A stretch of DNA of 64,000 nt from Octopus bimaculoides (lineage: Eukaryota), in contig NC_068987.1 in NCBI RefSeq assembly GCF_001194135.2, forward strand, positions 88,044,160-88,108,159, given 5' to 3'. The first letter of the stretch is position 1, and every line of letters begins with the position of its first letter. The notes below the pieces were generated by a model. The model did not search any database. It had not been told where the DNA came from and saw only the letters and a program-made list of their open reading frames with translations. This document shows positions 11,998-23,975 of this stretch, piece after piece. The position numbers and the translations under genes were made by a program.

Positions 11998-12385
11998 CTC
12001 TTTTACTTGTTTCAGTCATTCGACTGCGGCCATGCTGGAGCATCACCTTTTAGACGAACAAATCGACTCCCAGGACTTATTCTTTGGAAGCGGCGTACTT
12101 ATTCTATTGGTCTCTTTTGCCGAACCGCTAAGTTACGGGGATGTAAACCCACCACCATCGGTTGTCAAGCGATGCTGGGGGGACAAACACAGATACACAA
12201 ACATATACACACACATATATACATATATATGACGGGCTTCTTTCAGTTTCCGTCTACCAAATCCACTCACAAGGCTTTGGTCAGCCCGAGGCTATAGTAG
12301 AAGACACTTGCCCAAGGTGCCACGCAGTGGGACTGAACCCAGAACCATGTGGTTGGTAAGCAAGCTACTAACCACACAGCCACTC
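11998..12385 (-). mobile_element. SINE family A, full length, young (CpGs retained)
   Basis: Complete head-to-tail match to the family; many intact CpG; internal (CA/TA)n. Confidence 0.9.
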
Positions 12386-12404
12386 CTACACTCCTCCTCT
12401 TTAC

Positions 12405-12640
12405 TTTTATATCTGATGCAATATAAGACACACTTTTTTTTTCAGAAACATTTCTCAAATTTTATCATTCCATATTTTATAGTCAAGCCTACATTACATG
12501 CTCCAATGCACTAAACGTTTTTCCTAAATACGCGCTACTGAAATTGGGGTGCACTGAATATGCCCATGTGACAGTATTTCTTGTCTGTGCTGAAATAGGT
12601 TGCATAAGAGTTAGTTTTGAGGCGTCTTATATGACATCAA
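12405..12640. mobile_element. Degenerate Tc1/pogo-type MITE
   Basis: tataagacacacttttt... at the left and ggggtgcactgaat...gaggcgtcttatatga at the right resemble taagacgcacc/ggtgcgtctta subterminal motifs. Confidence 0.35.
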
Positions 12641-13139
12641 ATATATAAGTGAAGATGATGATGATGATGATGATACACTTTACTGTCTTAAAAGTTGGAG
12701 GAACAGAATGGATGGTGTAGTGTTAAATACACAAAACAGCAAGACAGACAATGCTAGAATGTGTCAAAATGCTTTTGACCATAGGTTTGCTCAGCAAAGA
12801 CTGATTGGAAGCTAAACAACACCATTGGCAGTAATAGTCTAGGAGTGTCATTGCAAATTCTTTCAGTATCTAGTAGCTAGCTTAGTACATCACTTAGTTG
12901 TTATCTTCTTCTGCCCCACCCCTTGCCTCTGAACTAGTTTCTTGTTTTAGCTAAAGTCTGTACTAATTCTGTATCACATGTTAAGTAACATTTGACTTGA
13001 ATGACCAAGATATTGTATATTGATTGGTCCATGTTAAATATAGGAAAAAAACTAGATGTTACGTTTAGAAAATGTTCATTTAAATCTGATGTTTTGTCTT
13101 TTTTAGATTTTTAGTATAGGAATAAACTTTATAAATGTA

Positions 13140-13550
13140 TATCATCATCACCATCATTTAATGTCTGCTTTCCATGCTGGCATGAGTTACACAGCTTGAC
13201 TGGAATGGGTAAGCCAAGGAACTGCACCAGACCCCAGTCTGATTTGGCATGGTTTCTATGGCTGGATGCCCTTCCTAACATCAACCACTTCAAGAGTGTA
13301 ATGGGTGTTATTATCTGCCACCGGCACAAGTGCCATTTACATGATGTCAGCACTGGCCAGGACTACACTTTCACAGGTGCCATTTACATGACATCGGCAG
13401 GGTGCCATTTTGTCAGCAACGGCCATGACTATGCTTTCACAGTTGCCATTTACAGGGCACCAGCAGGGTGCTGTTTACAGGACACCAGCAACAGCCACGA
13501 CTACGATTTCACAGGTACCATTTACAAGACACTGGCAGGCATTTAAAATT
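13140..13550 (-). mobile_element. RTE LINE tail with tandem ~60-bp units
   Basis: catcatcaccatcatttaatgtctgctttccatgctggcatg...; repeated gtgccatttaca...cagca units. Confidence 0.75.
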
Positions 13551-14283
13551 TAAACCCCATTTGTGTTTTCTTTTTTATAACTACATCACACCTGGAACCA
13601 ACCCCAGATTTGGTACCTGTTGTATATATATATATATATATATGTGTGTATTTGTGTGTACCCTTGTCTTGACATCACGTTAGAGTTGTAACCAAGCATC
13701 ATAATGATGATGATGATGCACAAACATGTCCAGCACTGGGGAAATATTCCCTTGCTTGGAAACAGGTGAAGGTTGGTGACAGAAAAGGCATCCAACATGG
13801 AAAAGGGAATGTTAAACAATGATGATGATGATATAGACTGACCATATGTTTGGAGTTATAAGATGCATAGTTTTGGAAAACCTGTTCTTTCATTTTGCCC
13901 TTGCCATTCTTATAATTGGCAAGAAGACAATGGTTTTTTTTTTTTTTTTGTGTGACTACTTTATCTGACCTAAATATCTTTAGCACCAAAAATTATATTT
14001 GATATAGTAAATTACTAGATTATATGGTGAGAAATTCAGTAGGATTTAAACTGTTTACAATTTAAGTATGTGATGTTAATTTTCATTACTGCTCTCATAT
14101 CACGAAAGACTGAGTCTTTGGGATCATCACATGTCTGCATTAATGAGAACGTGTTAATTCTTCTCCAGACATTCCTTTACCTGTAGTTAGGACTCATATT
14201 AGGTTATTATTTTCTGTCCCTTTTTCCATGCTGGCATCAGTTAGATGAGTGTACTGATGAAGCATTTGCTAACCCTTACCTCT

Positions 14284-14648
14284 TTTTTTACCTCCACCTT
14301 ATCAAAGGTAGAGGTATTGTTTTCTGTCATGTTTGTTTGTTTGTCTGTGGACAAAATATCTCAAGAACCACTGGATGGATTCAGATGAAACTTTCAGGGA
14401 TGTTTGGCCTCGTGACTGGCACGAACTAATTAGATTTTAGCATCGATCTGGTACCAGACAAAGATTCTGGATTATTTTTCCTGTTTTTTTACTTAATTTT
14501 TGAGAACAGTCAGGTTCATTTTTAGTATTCTCATTTGTGAGAGTAGTCGAGTTTATTCCAGATATTCTCATTTTAAAAACCATCCCTGGTTAATCGCTGA
14601 AAAGATGTTGGTGCTGCCTTGGCAGAGGTTTGTGCTCGCTGAACCTTG
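14284..14648. mobile_element. Helentron-associated (HINE/DINE-1-like) nonautonomous element
   Basis: Starts in a T-run with ttacctccacc, has a gtttgtttgtttgtctgt microsatellite and actggatggattcagatgaaac, and ends ccttggcagaggtttgtgctc; this layout is characteristic of Helitron2/Helentron nonautonomous elements. Confidence 0.55.
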
Positions 14649-14724
14649 AGATACATGGTTGGGAAGCAAGTTTGTTAACCATATAACCTTGCCTGGTTAT
14701 GGCAAACCCATTCAACCCATATCT

Positions 14725-15085
14725 TTTATCTTTTATTTGTTTCAGTCATTAGACTGTGGCCATGCTTGGGCACTACCTTGAAGAAGTTTTAGCCGAATAA
14801 ATCAACCTTAGTACTCTTTTTTTTATTAAGCCTGGTACTTTTCTATCAGTCTCAAACTGCTAAGCTACAAGGACATAAACAAACTAACACTGGTTGTCAA
14901 GCAGTGGTAGGAGACACACACATACGTACATATACACAATGGGCTTCTTTCAGTCTGCCAAATCCACTCCCAAGACTTTAGTCAGCCTGAGGCTGTAGTA
15001 GAAGACATTTGCTTAAGATGCCACACAGTGGAATCAAACCCAGAACCATGTGTTCTTACCACACAGCCACACTTGCACCTGTGTA
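14725..15085 (-). mobile_element. SINE family A
   Basis: Family match from tail (ttgtttcagtcattagactgtggccatgct) to head. Confidence 0.85.
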
Positions 15086-15404
15086 GGAAAAAGAAATGAA
15101 CAAAATGATAATGGTGTTGATTCTTTTCATAAAAAGCTTTAGCATTTACCATTGACCTTAACAAAGAGTTCATTTATCATTGTTAGGCTTCACCGACTGC
15201 AGTGACTATTTGGAAGGTCTCATTATACTGCTTAGCTCTGTCGACCTTGTTTTAAAATAGGAACTTCATGGTTGAGTGATTGTCATTAGGAAACACCTCT
15301 GGCTCTAAATTCCTTTCTAGTAACAATTTATATTATCATTATTTCACCTCCATGCCATACATTCTATCAAGATCTGTAGGGAGAGTTAAAGGTGTTAAAA
15401 TAGA

Positions 15405-15590
15405 TTATCCCTTTAGTATTCAGCCTTCTCTATCAAATATAATTCTTGTTTATTCACTTTGTCTTCAATTAATCATGCATTATCCCATAACTTTGAGAAT
15501 TTGGTGTTGTGATTGTTTGATTTTACAATGACATTGTAGGGTAGGTGTGAGAAGCTGAAGAGGGTCAGTTTAAACGCTAAAGGATGGAGG
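15405..15590. mobile_element. piggyBac-like MITE (CCCTT...AAAGG termini)
   Basis: ccctttagtattcag ... tttaaacgctaaagga; internal core as at 7250. Confidence 0.6.
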
Positions 15591-16335
15591 ACATTTAATT
15601 CTGTCAACGTGAATATCAATAGCTTATGTTTTATTTGCTTTAGTCATTGGGCGACAGAATAAGAACCAGGATTGAAAAGAAATAAGCTCTGGGGGTGATT
15701 TTGTTCAGCTAAAAAGCTTTCAGTGCTCCAGCATGACCACAGTCTTATGACTGAAACAAGTAAAAGATCAAAGATGATGAGTAATTGCAATTTCTTTTTA
15801 TGGTTGGTCTCAAAAATCACCTATGTTGTGTCTCATAGTTCTCACACACAGCAAAGATTTTTTAATAATACAAAATGATGTCATTCTCTGTTCACCTAAA
15901 ATCAAGTACATTTAGTTTAAACACACACACACATTCACACACACACACACACATTCACACACACACATACACACAGGTTTGTGTATTTGTACTTCAAAAT
16001 AATTCCACTATTTTATGAAGAGTTTTTCTTTTATTAAATTTTGTGATTTGTCTTGTTTATTTTTTCATCTTGAGCGAGGTGTGAGAAAATGTGAGATTTT
16101 AAGGTTTCATTTCTTTGTTTGGCAGCCAGAGAAGGGTTGTAAAATGATAGGTAGGTAGGCAGATAGGTAGACAGGCACACACCTACAGACACACAGACAG
16201 ACAGATATAATATGTAAATAAAGATGATAGGGATGCATAATTTACTCACACACACACACACAGTATGTATTTGTATATACATATAAACTCTGTGTGCATA
16301 TATGCACACATTTTATATATGCATATACATGCATT

Positions 16336-16366
<31 letters not shown>

Positions 16367-17149
16367 TGTATGTGTATAAGAATAGCTGAAAAAAATGGGT
16401 AATAATGCCAAATGTTTGAAGTCAATTGTCAAATAAGTTGGTCACAGATAAGACTCCAGAAAGTAGAAAATGTTCTTCACCGGTCAACAAACAAAATGAT
16501 GCTAAATGCAGATTGTAGAAAGTGAAAATAATGTCCTAAATTCAAGGTAGTGAGTTTGATTCCTGGACCGGGCTGAGTGTTGTATTCTTGAGCAAGACCC
16601 TTTATTTCACATTATTCCAGTCCACTCAGCTGTAGAAATGAGTTGCAATGTCACTGGTGCCGAGCTGTATCAGCCTTTGCCTTTTGTTTGGATAACATCA
16701 GTGGCATGGTATGCATGGGTGACTGCTGGTCTTTCATAAATAGCTTTGCCTGGACTTGTGCCTCAGAAGGGAACTTTCTAGATGCAATCCCATGGTCATT
16801 ATTGACCAAAGGGGATCTTTACTCTTTAAGTTCAAAGGTCATCAAGTTTGTGTGTCCACTTGTATTTTCTCTTACATTTCTTGCAAATTGTCTAAATTTC
16901 CCAAACGTAACTTCCATTTGAATACTCTTTGGAGATATAAATTATTATACAGACATAAGTAAATTCCCTGTCATGTATGGAAGACTTTCCCTACCAACTG
17001 GCTTTCATGCTGTTTTGGCTTTGTTCTTCATCAATTATACCTTCTCCACAAGTTTGTGACCGCATGCCTATCAGGGAAACCATTATTTAACTGAATTATT
17101 ATTTTTTTTTTAAATGGGCTTCCTCTGAAGGATCTCTGGAGTAATGTTA

Positions 17150-17460
17150 CTTGATAAGGTGTGTAGCTTGGAGATCAGGGAGTCTCTCTAGGTTGAGCTG
17201 TTACTTCTCTGCTTTGAGAGGTCACAACTCTGGTACCATGGACCTGTGGTTATAGAATGTTGCCGGAAAAGATCATAAGACAGATTCTTCAAGCTGGAGA
17301 ACTAGGAGTAGACCAAGAAGGAAATGGTTGGATGATATCCATACTCTTAATTGGTCATGTTTGGGAATCTAGCTTAGAAAGTGTAATGTCGGTTGCTTGT
17401 GATAGGACCTCATGGAGGAGGTACCTGAGGTTTCTAACACCATGGTTCACTCAGAAATAA
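17150..17460 (+). mobile_element. Degenerate RTE LINE C-terminal fragment
   Basis: ...MLPEKIIRQILQAG...RPRRKWLDDI...WSCLG...VACDRTSWRRYLRFL, matching the RTE C-terminal GRPRxRWxD...A.DR..WR pattern. Confidence 0.6.
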
Positions 17461-18019
17461 TGAGTGTAGAAGATGGATGGGCAGGTTATTCAGAAACTAA
17501 CTGGACACCTTTATAATAAATGTCTCTTTTATAGATGGTGGACAGATCATAATTCCTGTGAAATCTGTGAATTATTAAGTTTTCATGGCTTTATTGGTTC
17601 TCATCAATAGGTTGATTTCATTTTTGTTTAATTTAGCAATTTAATTATTTTCAGAATGCTGCACTTCACCTTAGCTTCAATTAATTCATATATTTGGATC
17701 TTCATTAATTCAATATTCATTATTCGAAACTTAATGTTGCTTTGATCAAATTAGTTTCTTCTTTTGTATTACTAATGTGGTTAATACGCCTTTTATGTAA
17801 ACATTTTGTGTCGAAACCCACATTATATAAGGCTTGAAGTAATTCACTGACAGGGTTGCTAGATTGATTGGGTTACAAGTAACAAATTGTGTTACTTGTC
17901 ACAATTGCACATTGTCATTTTGTCTTTTCATTATAATTCACTTGCTAGTTGGATATTTTGAAAGAATAAGAGTTTTATTGAATAGCATATCAAATTATCA
18001 ACTGTGTAAAGTAGACTAG

Positions 18020-18177
18020 TCTTATGGAGGCAGTGTGGTTGAGAAGATGGCTTCCCAATCATGTGGCCTCCGGTTCAGTCCCAGTACATGACATCTACTA
18101 TATAGCCCTGGGCCAACTAAATCCTTGCAAGTGAATTTGGTAGACGGAAACCAAAAGAAGCTTCTGTTTGTGTGTGT

Positions 18178-18227
<50 letters not shown>

Positions 18228-18450
18228 CTCATTGTGGAAAATGGATATTGAGAGATAGAGAGGGATGGATGGATGTGTATGTCTGTGTTTGTCTGTCCCC
18301 ACTACCATTTGGAAACTGGTGTTGGTTTGTTTATGTCCCTGTAACGTAGCAGTGGTTGGCTAAAGACTCTGATAGAATAAGTACCAGATTTTAGAAAATA
18401 ATTATGGGAATCGATTTGTTTGGCTAAACTTTTGAAGTTGATACTTCAGT
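18020..18450 (+). mobile_element. SINE family A with (CA)n
   Basis: Head ggaggcagtgtggttgagaag...ggttcagtccc; internal (CA)~24; tail gatagaataagtaccag. Confidence 0.8.
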
Positions 18451-18950
18451 ATGACTGTAGTAAGGGATATATACATATTAGTGACCCCACTAGTGTTGGT
18501 GCCATGTAAAAAGTACCCAATACACTGTAAAGTGGTTGGTATTAGGAAGAACATCCAGCTGTAAAAAGCAGACACTGGAGCATGGTGGAGTTCTATGACT
18601 TGTCAGTTCCTGTGAAACTGTCCAACCCACCCATGCCATCATAGAAGATGGACATTAAATGATAGTGATGACATACATAAGGAAAATTTTCAATTTGCGT
18701 TTTTTTTTTTTAACAGGACGTCTTACTTTTTGGAAATGTTATGTTTTATTTTATGGAAAGTGATTTGGCCACCCCAGTCATAAATGATTGAAAATATATG
18801 TTAATCCTAATCCTGTTCACCTGCTCTCATCATCAGTCGGAGTTTTAACATAGAAAACTATTTTTTTTTAAGTAGTCTCTATGTTTACTTCCACACAGTA
18901 GATTACATCATGTTTGTGATATATAATTAATCTAGATACTGTTCTTATAC

Positions 18951-19078
18951 CTGACCAGGTTAAGAATTTCAAACAACAGGTGTCTTGGAGTCATAATTAG
19001 TGAATCTGTTGTCATAACAACATTTATGGCAGTGGAATCTTGTTCTGTTTCTAAGTCAATTACACCATTCTCCCAGAT
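18951..19078 (-). CDS. Weak candidate internal exon
   Basis: ctaac...ggag| acceptor and cag|gtataag donor enclose the open frame IWENGVIDLETEQDSTAINVVMTTDSLIMTPRHLLFEILNLV(R). The GAG acceptor is weak and no homology was recognised. Confidence 0.2.
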
Positions 19079-19337
19079 CTCCAGTTAATACAAGGTTAGT
19101 TATCGCATTCTGTCGGTTAATTCCAGCACTTTATGAAGAAGTATTTGATTGATTAATTTCTATTCCATATTCAGTAGAATTAATTTAGTTACTCGTCTGA
19201 TTCACTTTGAACTCTAAATTTTCAAAAACATCCTAATCTAAGTTTCTTTTATTTGATATTGCTGCTGGCTCATCTCATTTTTCATTTTTTTTTGTCTCAT
19301 TACTTTATTAATCATAATTCTTATTTTTTCTTTCAAT

Positions 19338-19503
19338 TCTGTCTGTCTCTCCTTCTGTCTCTGTCTCTCCTTCTGTCTCTGTCTCTCCTTCTGTCTCTGT
19401 CTCTCCTTCTGTCTCTGTCTCTCCTTCTGTCTCTGTCTCTCCTTCTCCCGTCTCTGTCTCTCCTTCTCCTGTCTCTGTCTCTCCTCCTGTCTCTGTCTCT
19501 CTC
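19338..19503. repeat. 18-bp minisatellite (CTGTCTCTCCTTCTGTCT)n
   Basis: About 9 tandem units; produces the ETETEG/QKERQR pseudo-ORFs. Confidence 0.9.
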
Positions 19504-20299
19504 TGGTTGTATTGGCAGTCAGTGGTGATGGGTTTATGATTAAGCATTTGTCAATGGTCACTGTGTGTTTGTGTTTCCCTGTTTTGACATCACATTGTTA
19601 GTTGTAAACAAGTGATCTCATCTTACAAATAGTTTTTGTTGATTTTCAAATCTTACGTGAAGGCATGTCTCAAAATCATTGTCCTCAACCCTTGAACATG
19701 GCTGTCTTGAGTTCTGGGACTCATAAGAGTGGGTTACCTGGTTTCTATAGCAAAAAGTGACTGAGACCACAACATTTCCCCTGAACAAGATGCCAGTCTA
19801 TTGCAGGATTTCTCATTTTCTACAGCTGAGTGGACTGGAGCAATGCAAAATGAAGTGTCTTGCTCAAGAGCACAACATCCTGCCTGGTCCAGGAAGGGTA
19901 TCTGTACATAGAAAATTTATCTCAGAGAATTCCATCTGATCCATGCAGGCGTGGAAAAGTGGACATTAAAACAACAATGATGATATAAGTTTTCAGTTAC
20001 GAAACATTTGTGGAGTGTTTCCTCCATCAGTTGAATTGCTTTAAATAACATTAATCTGATAAATGGAAATTGGTTGGGTGAAATGGAAGAAGTGTCTTGT
20101 ATAAATGAGGTGATAAATCCAATGAAAAGATATAGCAATTATGAATTAATAGGTGCATACATGCTAAGTTCACATTTATACATATGAGGATGCAGAAGAA
20201 ATGTTTCTCTTTGAGAGGCCATTATTAAATGTTCGTTATTCTTGGATTATAATGAATTACTAAAACTTAGGTGCTCCTGTGTTGGGCGATGCATGAGGC

Positions 20300-20936
20300 A
20301 GTCAATGTGCTCCAGCAAAGTTGGTCAGCATCCACCATCAATGCATTGTGTCATCATAGATTTATCAGCTGAAGGTCCCTGTCAATTGGCTGCTGCCAAT
20401 TCAGCTTGGGATGTCTTGGTCCCCTGTTGTCCCTGAGGGGTCCACTTAAGGACTTGGTTGTCATGTCTGTCTGTTTGGAACCCAGTGACTTATCCCAGTC
20501 ATCTCTGCTCTTACAGATGCTGATGGACAATGAATGTTGGTTTGCTTTTCATCTGACATCTTTGTTGCTGAGAAAACCATTTCATTTGATGCCCAGTATT
20601 TTCCAAAGGCATCTACTGTCAAAAGCATCCAGTTTGTTTTCTTGAATGGTTTTTCAGATGTCATGTTTCCCTGCCATACAAAAGAGTGGGGAGCCTGTTG
20701 GTCTTGTAGAACTGCATTTTGGTTTTTAAAGAAAGTTTCTTGCTCTTCCAAATTTTACTAAACTAGTTGAATAGGGCCATTGGCTTTCTTGCTATTCAAG
20801 TATAGACCAAGAAGATGCAAAACATGCTGGGGGGGACACTCCACCATCTGAAATATTTTGACCAGAGAGAAGTAGAAGTTAACCCATCTTGGGAGCTCCA
20901 TTAGCGACAATCATCTGCTCCCAATTTTCAACAGCC
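20300..20936 (-). mobile_element. Degenerate RTE (BovB-like) LINE ORF2 fragment
   Basis: Minus-strand frames give SKIWKSKKLSLKTKMQFYK..RLPTLLYGRET*HLK...LDAFDSRCLWKILGIK...KWTPQGQQG..HPKLNWQQ, the canonical RTE region downstream of RT; the sequence continues into the gap. Confidence 0.75.
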
Positions 20937-21454
20937 NNNNNNNNNNNNNNNNNNNNNNNNNNNNNNNNNNNNNNNNNNNNNNNNNNNNNNNNNNNNNNNN
21001 NNNNNNNNNNNNNNNNNNNNNNNNNNNNNNNNNNNNNNNNNNNNNNNNNNNNNNNNNNNNNNNNNNNNNNNNNNNNNNNNNNNNNNNNNNNNNNNNNNNN
21101 NNNNNNNNNNNNNNNNNNNNNNNNNNNNNNNNNNNNNNNNNNNNNNNNNNNNNNNNNNNNNNNNNNNNNNNNNNNNNNNNNNNNNNNNNNNNNNNNNNNN
21201 NNNNNNNNNNNNNNNNNNNNNNNNNNNNNNNNNNNNNNNNNNNNNNNNNNNNNNNNNNNNNNNNNNNNNNNNNNNNNNNNNNNNNNNNNNNNNNNNNNNN
21301 NNNNNNNNNNNNNNNNNNNNNNNNNNNNNNNNNNNNNNNNNAGTAAACTTCTAAAGAGGAGCTAAGTATAGGTTTCCTGTTCCTGAGTAAGAATTGCGAC
21401 AGGGGTATGGTAGGGGGTTGGGGAGTGGGGTGCAGATGTATTTCCTTTTGATGA

Positions 21455-21455
21455 A

Positions 21456-21486
<31 letters not shown>

Positions 21487-21487
21487 T

Positions 21488-21557
<70 letters not shown>
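21455..21557. repeat. (CT)n/(CTCTTT) microsatellite
   Basis: Direct reading. Confidence 0.95.
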
Positions 21558-21561
<4 letters not shown>

Positions 21562-21786
21562 TTTCTATGCAGTATAAATGTTTCTAATAGGCACAGGCAT
21601 GCCTGTGTGGTTAAGAGACTTGCCTCCCAACCACTTGGTTCTGGGTTCAATCCCAACATGTGGCACCTTGGGCAAATTTCTTCTAGAGTAGTTTAGGGCG
21701 CCAACCAAAGCCTTGTTGAGTGGATTTAGAAAACTGAAACTGAAAGAAGTCTCTGAAGGTGATGTACAGACAGGAATTATATATTA

Positions 21787-22283
21787 GAAAAAATAATAAG
21801 GTACTCAGATATCTGGATGGTTGTACATTTACAGGTTTTTATTAATATGTGACATGTTTTTATAAATTAGCGCTTGCATCTATTCTTGTAGATTTTCCAA
21901 ATTTAATTTTTTTTGAGAGGATTTGTCTCTTTTTATATAGCATTATTGAATGTGTAGGGGTGGAGAGAGATATATAGGATAGTAAAAAAGGGTGAGGATG
22001 GGGGGGGGGAGTGAGAGAGAGAGTGTCTGTGTGTTTTTGTTGGTGTGTGTGCATGTATGTGTGTGCCTGTGTATCTGAAAGGAGTGTCAATGGGAAAGAG
22101 AAGGAAAGAAGGAAGGGTGAAAGAAGAAAGAAGAAAATTGTGTTTACAGCTGGTCAAGAAAAATAAAATCTGGAGAATCTACAAGAATAGATGCAAGTGC
22201 TAATTTATAAAAACATGTGACATATTCATAAGAATCTGTAAATGTGCAACCATCCAGATATCTGAGTACCTTATTATTTTTTC
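21787..22283. repeat. Foldback element with ~124-bp inverted arms
   Basis: 21787-21910 is the reverse complement of 22160-22283 (roughly 90% identical by eye), with a ~250-bp purine-rich/microsatellite spacer. Confidence 0.85.
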
Positions 22284-22291
22284 TTATATCA

Positions 22292-22600
22292 ATCATCATC
22301 ATCATCATTGTTTAACGTCTGCTTTCCATGCTAGCATGGGTTGGACGATTTGACTGAGGACTGGCGAACCAGATGGCTATACCAGGCTCCAATCTGATTT
22401 GGCAGAGTTTCTGCAGCTGGATGCCCTTCCTAATGCCAACCACTCTGAGAGTGTAGTGGATGCTTTTATGTGCCACCGGCATGAACCCTTGCTAAATCAA
22501 ATTGGATCCTGGTGCAGCCTCCTGGCTTACCAGTTCTCAGTCAAATCATCCAACCCATGCCAGCATGGGAAGTGGATGTTAAACAACAATGATGGTGATG
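22292..22600. mobile_element. Two RTE tails in inverted orientation
   Basis: 22292-22470 (minus) and 22490-22600 (plus) are the same tail, back to back. Confidence 0.8.
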
Positions 22601-23614
22601 TGAGTCAGNNNNNNNNNNNNNNNNNNNNNNNNNNNNNNNNNNNNNNNNNNNNNNNNNNNNNNNNNNNNNNNNNNNNNNNNNNNNNNNNNNNNNNNNNNNN
22701 NNNNNNNNNNNNNNNNNNNNNNNNNNNNNNNNNNNNNNNNNNNNNNNNNNNNNNNNNNNNNNNNNNNNNNNNNNNNNNNNNNNNNNNNNNNNNNNNNNNN
22801 NNNNNNNNNNNNNNNNNNNNNNNNNNNNNNNNNNNNNNNNNNNNNNNNNNNNNNNNNNNNNNNNNNNNNNNNNNNNNNNNNNNNNNNNNNNNNNNNNNNN
22901 NGGCAATATGGTGTTTTAATACTCATTACATTAAATATCTTAGCACTGACTTAACTGTAGTGTTTTTTTTTTCTTTTGTGGTTGGCATCTCTGTGTAATT
23001 AATGTCATTAACCCTAGAAAATTGCTTCCCAACTCTGTGGTCTTTGGTTCAGTCCCACTGCGCAGCATCTTAGGCAAGTGTCTTCTTCTATGGTTCCAAG
23101 CTGACCAAAACCTTGTGAATAGATTTGAAAGCTGGAAACTGAAAGAAGCCTGTGGTGTGTGTGTTTGTGTGTTTTTGTGAGTTTCCTTGTCTTGATGACA
23201 TGTGATAGTTGTAAATGAGCATCACTGTCATATAAGCCGTGTTGTTCTTTCCAGTCTTCCATGAAATCATGTCTGACCATGGGGGAATGTTACTTTGCAT
23301 GGAAGCAGTGGAGGGTTGGCAAGAGGAAGGGCATCCAGCCATAGAAAACTTTCTTCAGCAAATTCCATCCAACCCATGCAAGTATGAAAAAGTGGATGTT
23401 AAATGATAATGGTGATATATAGTGTATGTACATTTTGCATCCTTCCTGAAGATGCAGAGTATGATTTCAAGGAGATTTTGCTGCTATTTCTAGCAGGTAA
23501 GCAACTTCATTGAGTTTTCCTTATTGGCTAGCAGTCCAACAGAGCAGAGAACAGTGATGTTTGCCAAAATGAATGAGATTCTGATATCCCCAAGCATCAA
23601 AATGGGGGAAAACA

Positions 23615-23975
23615 TGTGAGTGGCTGTGTGGTAAGTAGCTTGCTTACCAACCACATGGTTCCGGGTTTAGTCCCACTGCATGGCACTACTAGAGCCCCGG
23701 GCCGACCAAAGCCATGTGAGTGGATTTGGTAGATTGAAACTGAAAGAAGCCCGTCATATATATGTGGGTGTATCTGTGTTTGTCCCCACCACCATTGCTT
23801 GACAACTGATGGTGGTGTGTTTATGTCCTCCATAACATAGCGGTTCGGCAAAAGAGACTGATAGAATAAGTACTAGGCTTACAAAGAATAAGTCCTGGGA
23901 TCGATTTCTTCGACTAAAGGCAGTGCTCCAGCATGGCCACAGTCAAATGACTGAAACAAACAAAAGAATAAAAGA
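23615..23975 (+). mobile_element. SINE family A, full length
   Basis: Complete family match. Confidence 0.9.

Larger units (their letters stand above)
11608..13137. repeat. Local rearrangement: direct repeat A flanking inverted repeat B
   Basis: A1 11608-11750 ~ A2 12985-13137 (direct); B 11746-11950 is the reverse complement of 12697-12904. Confidence 0.8.

Noticed and set aside
19238-19561. ORFs with ETETEG / QKERQR / SLSLLL repeats
   Set aside because: Translation of an 18-bp minisatellite.
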